Assembly: GCA_041690355.1 (NCBI GenBank)
Contig: JAWLHK010000001.1
Location: 310,001 to 361,375, forward strand
Reading direction: 5' to 3'
Source: a bacterium
GTDB taxonomy: Bacteria > J088 > JAWLBW01
DNA length: 51,375 bases
Every line of letters starts with the position of its first letter. The first letter of the stretch is position 1. Below the pieces are notes generated by a model. That model was not told the DNA's origin. It searched no databases and saw only the letters and a list, made by a program, of their open reading frames with translations. Both the position numbers and the translations under genes were made by a program. Positions 47,786-51,375 of the stretch are shown piece by piece.

Positions 47786-48697
47786 TCATGCGGATACGCG
47801 TGCCGCCATTTCCCGCACCCCCTCGGCCAGCAGCGGCGCCAGGGAGATAGCGTTCGTCGGGTGGGGGATCGCGTCGGTCGTGACGATACGGCCGGCGCCC
47901 GCGGCCTTCAGGTCTTCCCAGGCGTTTCCCGCAAAGACGGCGTGCACGCCGACACAGACGGGGTTCGCCGACCCCTGCGCACGTAACAGGCGAACCGTCT
48001 CGATCATCGTGCGCCCCGTGGAGATGATGTCGTCGACGAGCACCGGCGTGCGTCCGGCAAGGTCGAACCCCGCCGGCATCCGGATCTCGACGTCCCGGTC
48101 GCCGCGGCGCACCTTTTCCAGCACGGCATACCGGGCCCCCGCGTGCGCGGCAACCGCCGCCACCCACTGCCGGCTCTCATCGTCGGGTCCGATGAGGAAC
48201 GGATTCTCCACGTTCCGCGCGATCCACACGCCAAGCGGCGCGGTCGCATGCTGAACCCGCGCCGGGACGCGAAAGAGCGACTCGAGCCCGGCAATCCGGT
48301 GCAGATGCGGGTCTACGGTCGTCACCCAGTCGAATGCCGAGGAGAGCATATCGGCGTAGAGCCGGTTCGAAAGCGACTCCCCCGGCCGGAAGCGTTTGTC
48401 CTGACGCATGTAGGCGAGGTAGGGGGCGACGAGCCCGACGCGACCGGCCCCCAGCTCGCGCAGGGTGCGCCCGAGAAAGACCAGGGGAACCGTCTTCTCG
48501 TCGGGCCGGTCGAGCGGGCACACGACGACGGTCTGCCGCGCGCCGCCCACCGGATCGAGCACGCGCACCAGCGATTCCCCGTCGGGGAAACGATGGTGTT
48601 CGGCGCGGCCGAGCCGCCAGCCGAGCTCCTTCGCGACCTGCGCCGCCGCAGGTTCGCCGCCGCCGAATCCGAAAACGATACCTCGCTCGCGTTCCAT
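47786..48697 (-). CDS. Ribose-phosphate pyrophosphokinase-family paralog
   Basis: FPDGES, APYLAYMRQDKRF, VDPHLH, GPDDES, PRPP-binding loop VLVDDIISTGRT. Confidence 0.9.
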   Translation of the reverse strand: MERERGIVFGFGGGEPAAAQVAKELGWRLGRAEHHRFPDGESLVRVLDPVGGARQTVVVCPLDRPDEKTVPLVFLGRTLRELGAGRVGLVAPYLAYMRQDKRFRPGESLSNRLYADMLSSAFDWVTTVDPHLHRIAGLESLFRVPARVQHATAPLGVWIARNVENPFLIGPDDESRQWVAAVAAHAGARYAVLEKVRRGDRDVEIRMPAGFDLAGRTPVLVDDIISTGRTMIETVRLLRAQGSANPVCVGVHAVFAGNAWEDLKAAGAGRIVTTDAIPHPTNAISLAPLLAEGVREMAARVSA

Positions 48698-48699
48698 GT

Positions 48700-50244
48700 C
48701 TACCCGTCTGTCACGGCGACGGTCGCCGGGTTCTGCCGTGCATAATCGAGGGCGTAGCGCAGCTCGCCCGGGGTCTCGGCGTGAAGTTGCAGGAGCGGCT
48801 GGCCGCAGCGCACCTGCGTCCCGAGCGGCGCGAGAAAGGTGACTCCGGCGGCGGGGGCCTGTGGCGCGCCGCAGAGCTTGGCGATGCGCGAAAGCCGGCG
48901 GTTGTCGATGGCGTGCACGACACCGGCGCGATCAGCCGTCACCTCGGCCGTATACGGGGCGACGGGCGGCACCCGCATGCCCCCCTGCGCCTCGCAGATC
49001 GCCTGGAACTTGTCCCACGCGCGACCGCCGGCCAGCACGCGCTCTGCACAGCGCACCCCCGATCCGGGCGCGCACTTACCGCCGAGTTCGAGCAGTTCGC
49101 CGGCCAGCTCGAGCGAACGCATGCGCAGATCGGCGGGGGCGGCAGCCTCGTTGCGCAGCACGGCGAGAATATCGCGCGCCTCGAGCGCCGGGCCGATGCC
49201 GCGCCCTACGGGCTGGCGCCCGTCGGTCGTCACCACGCGCAGGTGCAGCCCCACCGCTTCGGCGCAGGCGACCAGCAGCCGCGAGAGGGTGCGCGCCGAC
49301 TCGAAGTCGCGCACCTTGGCTGTCGGCCCCACGGGAAGGTCGAGCACGACGTGAGTCGATCCGGCGGCGGCCTTCTTGGAGAGAACCGAGGCCACCATCT
49401 GGCCGGGCGAATCGACGTCGAGGGCGCGCTCGATGCGAATGAAGGTCTCGTCGGCGGGACTGAGCCCGACCGATCCGCCCCAGACGACGCACCCCTGCTC
49501 CCGCTCGACCACACGCCGCATCTGTTCGATAGACAGCGTGACCGGCGCGAGCGTCTCCATCGTGTCGGCGGTACCCGCCGGAGACGTGATGGCGCGCGAC
49601 GAGGTCTTGGGGATGACGAGCCCTTCGGCCGCCGCGATGGCCACCACGATGGGCGTCGTCCGGTTGCCGGGCAGTCCCCCCACGCAGTGTTTGTCGACGA
49701 CGGGAAACGCGTCCCACCGCAGCCGATCGCCCGCCCGGGTCATGGCGCGCGTCAGGGCGACCGTCTCCTCGACGGTCATGCGGTCGCCGGCGGTCGCGGT
49801 CAGAAAGGCGGCAAGTTCCACATCAGAGTAGCGCCCGGCGACGGCATCCTGCACGATGGCCCCCAGCTGGGCTTCATTCAGCGTCTGCCCGTACATCTTG
49901 GCGCGAACGTGGCTCAGCGAATCGAGCGGCTCGACGTGCCCCACCGTCATCAGATCGCCTTCTTCAACCCCGAGCAACCGCCACGCTGCCTCGGACAGGC
50001 CCGCCTCGTCGACCTCGAGAAAGTGATCGAGGGTCACGTTGAGCGTCGCGATGATTTCCCGATCGCCCGCGGTTACCCGCAGCCGCGTGTGCGCCTCGAA
50101 CCCCTCGGCCCGGCAGACCTCGCAGTCGCGGCGCATGTAGATGACCGGCTCCTGATAGGTGTCGATGCCGAACCGCCGTGCCCGCACGGTGGGCCGGGCG
50201 ACGGCGACAGAGGGCAGAGAAGTAGACGGCGGCACGGCAATCAT
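48700..50244 (-). CDS. Archaeal-type AMP/thymidine phosphorylase family protein
   Basis: N-terminal extension GIDTYQEPVIYMRRDCEVCRAEGF, DKHCVGGLPGNRTT, PKTSSRAITSPAGTADTME, SVLSKK, QPVGRGIGPALEARD; AAGGAG RBS. Confidence 0.92.
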   Translation of the reverse strand: MIAVPPSTSLPSVAVARPTVRARRFGIDTYQEPVIYMRRDCEVCRAEGFEAHTRLRVTAGDREIIATLNVTLDHFLEVDEAGLSEAAWRLLGVEEGDLMTVGHVEPLDSLSHVRAKMYGQTLNEAQLGAIVQDAVAGRYSDVELAAFLTATAGDRMTVEETVALTRAMTRAGDRLRWDAFPVVDKHCVGGLPGNRTTPIVVAIAAAEGLVIPKTSSRAITSPAGTADTMETLAPVTLSIEQMRRVVEREQGCVVWGGSVGLSPADETFIRIERALDVDSPGQMVASVLSKKAAAGSTHVVLDLPVGPTAKVRDFESARTLSRLLVACAEAVGLHLRVVTTDGRQPVGRGIGPALEARDILAVLRNEAAAPADLRMRSLELAGELLELGGKCAPGSGVRCAERVLAGGRAWDKFQAICEAQGGMRVPPVAPYTAEVTADRAGVVHAIDNRRLSRIAKLCGAPQAPAAGVTFLAPLGTQVRCGQPLLQLHAETPGELRYALDYARQNPATVAVTDG

Positions 50245-50430
50245 GAATCAGGTCACTCCTTGTCTGAGCAATGGAGCGGGAAGCATGCCACAGGCCATGC
50301 CATCGGCCGACGCCCGGAGAAGTGTCGCGCTGCGGAACACTCGGCTGCATTGTCCTGCAACACTCCTCTCCGAAAGCCGTCCCGCATACCGGGTTGGCGG
50401 AAGCCCGGTTTGGGCATAGGCTGAAAGGAA

Positions 50431-51375
50431 ATGATGACGCCGCTCCTTCTGCTGGCCATGCTCGGCCAGATGCACCCCGATCACGCCGCGCCCGCTACCT
50501 TGCCGGTAGCCCCGGCCGAAGCGATGCCTGAAGCGCATGCCGGTCACGCGGCCATGCCCGGGCATGCTGCCGACCGGCTTCCCCTCGGCGTTCCGGTTTC
50601 GCGCGTGGCCTCGGGGACGTCCTGGCTGCCCGACGGCACCCCGATGCCCGGCTGGCATGCACGCGCCGGCCGTTGGTCCCTCATGGTCCACGGCAACGTG
50701 CACGCGGGTTACAACGTGCAGGCGGGCCCCCGGGGCGACGATCAGTGGACGACCCTGAGCTGGTTCATGCTCATGGGACGGCGCAATCTGCTGGGCGGAT
50801 CCGTCGAACCCCGCTTCATGTTCAGCTTCGATCCGCTGACCCTGCCGGCTGATGGCTATCCGCTGCTCCTGCAGACCGGCGAGAGCGCGGGCGGGCGCCC
50901 GCTGTTCGACCGTCAGCATCCGCACGAGCTGTTCATGGAGATCGCCCTCGTGTACCGCAAGCGGGTCGCCGACGGGCTTGCCTGGGAACTCTACGTGGCC
51001 CCCGTGGGAGAGCCGGCCCTGGGGCCGACGGCGTATCCGCACCGGCTGTCGTCGCTGGCCGATCCGTTCGCGCCCCTGGCGCACCACTGGCAGGACGCGA
51101 CGCACATTCTCTTCGGGGTGATCACGTCCGGCTTCTACAACCGCTGGGCCAAGCTCGAGGGGAGCTGGTTCAACGGCCGCGAACCCGATGAGCACCGGAC
51201 GAATTTCGACTTCCGCCGGCCCGATTCCTTCTCGGGACGTTTTCAGCTCGCGCCGTCGGAGAACTGGACGCTTCAGGGCTCCTACGGCTTTCTCGAGAGT
51301 CCCGAAGGGCTCCATCCCGACCGCAGTCTGCATCGCGCGACGGCCTCGGTCTCGCATACCCGGTCCTCGGCGCCC
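50431..51375 (+). CDS. Exported His/Met-rich protein, probably outer-membrane (runs off the window end)
   Basis: Absent from the ORF track because it has no stop in the window. AAAGGA RBS; MMTPLLLLAMLGQMHPDHAA...HAGHAAMPGH...SGTSWLPDGTPM...LMVHGN...GYPLLLQTGE...DRQHPHELFMEIA...GEPALGP...HHWQDATHI; open to the end of the window. Confidence 0.85.
   Translation, partial: MMTPLLLLAMLGQMHPDHAAPATLPVAPAEAMPEAHAGHAAMPGHAADRLPLGVPVSRVASGTSWLPDGTPMPGWHARAGRWSLMVHGNVHAGYNVQAGPRGDDQWTTLSWFMLMGRRNLLGGSVEPRFMFSFDPLTLPADGYPLLLQTGESAGGRPLFDRQHPHELFMEIALVYRKRVADGLAWELYVAPVGEPALGPTAYPHRLSSLADPFAPLAHHWQDATHILFGVITSGFYNRWAKLEGSWFNGREPDEHRTNFDFRRPDSFSGRFQLAPSENWTLQGSYGFLESPEGLHPDRSLHRATASVSHTRSSAP

Noticed and set aside
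48334..50424. 696-aa plus-strand ORF and the 369-aa minus-strand ORF 50248-51357
   Set aside because: Shadows of the phosphorylase/prs genes and of the plus-strand gene starting at 50431.

Overview
This is a GC-rich, densely coding bacterial chromosomal segment. Its gene content (many lipoproteins, a DUF1592/DUF1552-type cluster, FadL-like porin) suggests a Gram-negative Deltaproteobacteria/Myxococcota-like organism; that assignment is inference. Left part: dnaG (runs off the window start), YqeY-family gene, hisIE, a lipid A acyltransferase, a 757-aa unknown lipoprotein, tatB-tatC-rsmA, an HDAC-family deacylase, a Liv-type ABC transporter operon with an embedded acyl-CoA ligase, nagZ and a GT4 glycosyltransferase. 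Middle part: an XRE-like protein, aguB-aguA, ppa, a bactofilin-like membrane protein, rlmI, a cytochrome b/SHP/diheme cytochrome c operon with its two-component system, an SDR and a four-gene exported DUF1592/DUF1552 cluster. Right part: a TetR-controlled RND operon with no TolC-type gene but a FadL-like barrel, a phd antitoxin / deleted RelE-ParE toxin / OGFr-domain module, an archaeal-type AMP/thymidine phosphorylase plus PRPP-synthetase paralog, and a His/Met-rich exported protein that runs off the window end. Non-coding signals read from the DNA: about nine apparently leaderless promoters, paired TetR operators, a PmrA/QseB-type direct repeat, and intergenic 7- and 8-bp tandem arrays. I saw no rRNA, tRNA, CRISPR array or transposase. 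All family calls come from motifs recognised by eye, not from database searches.
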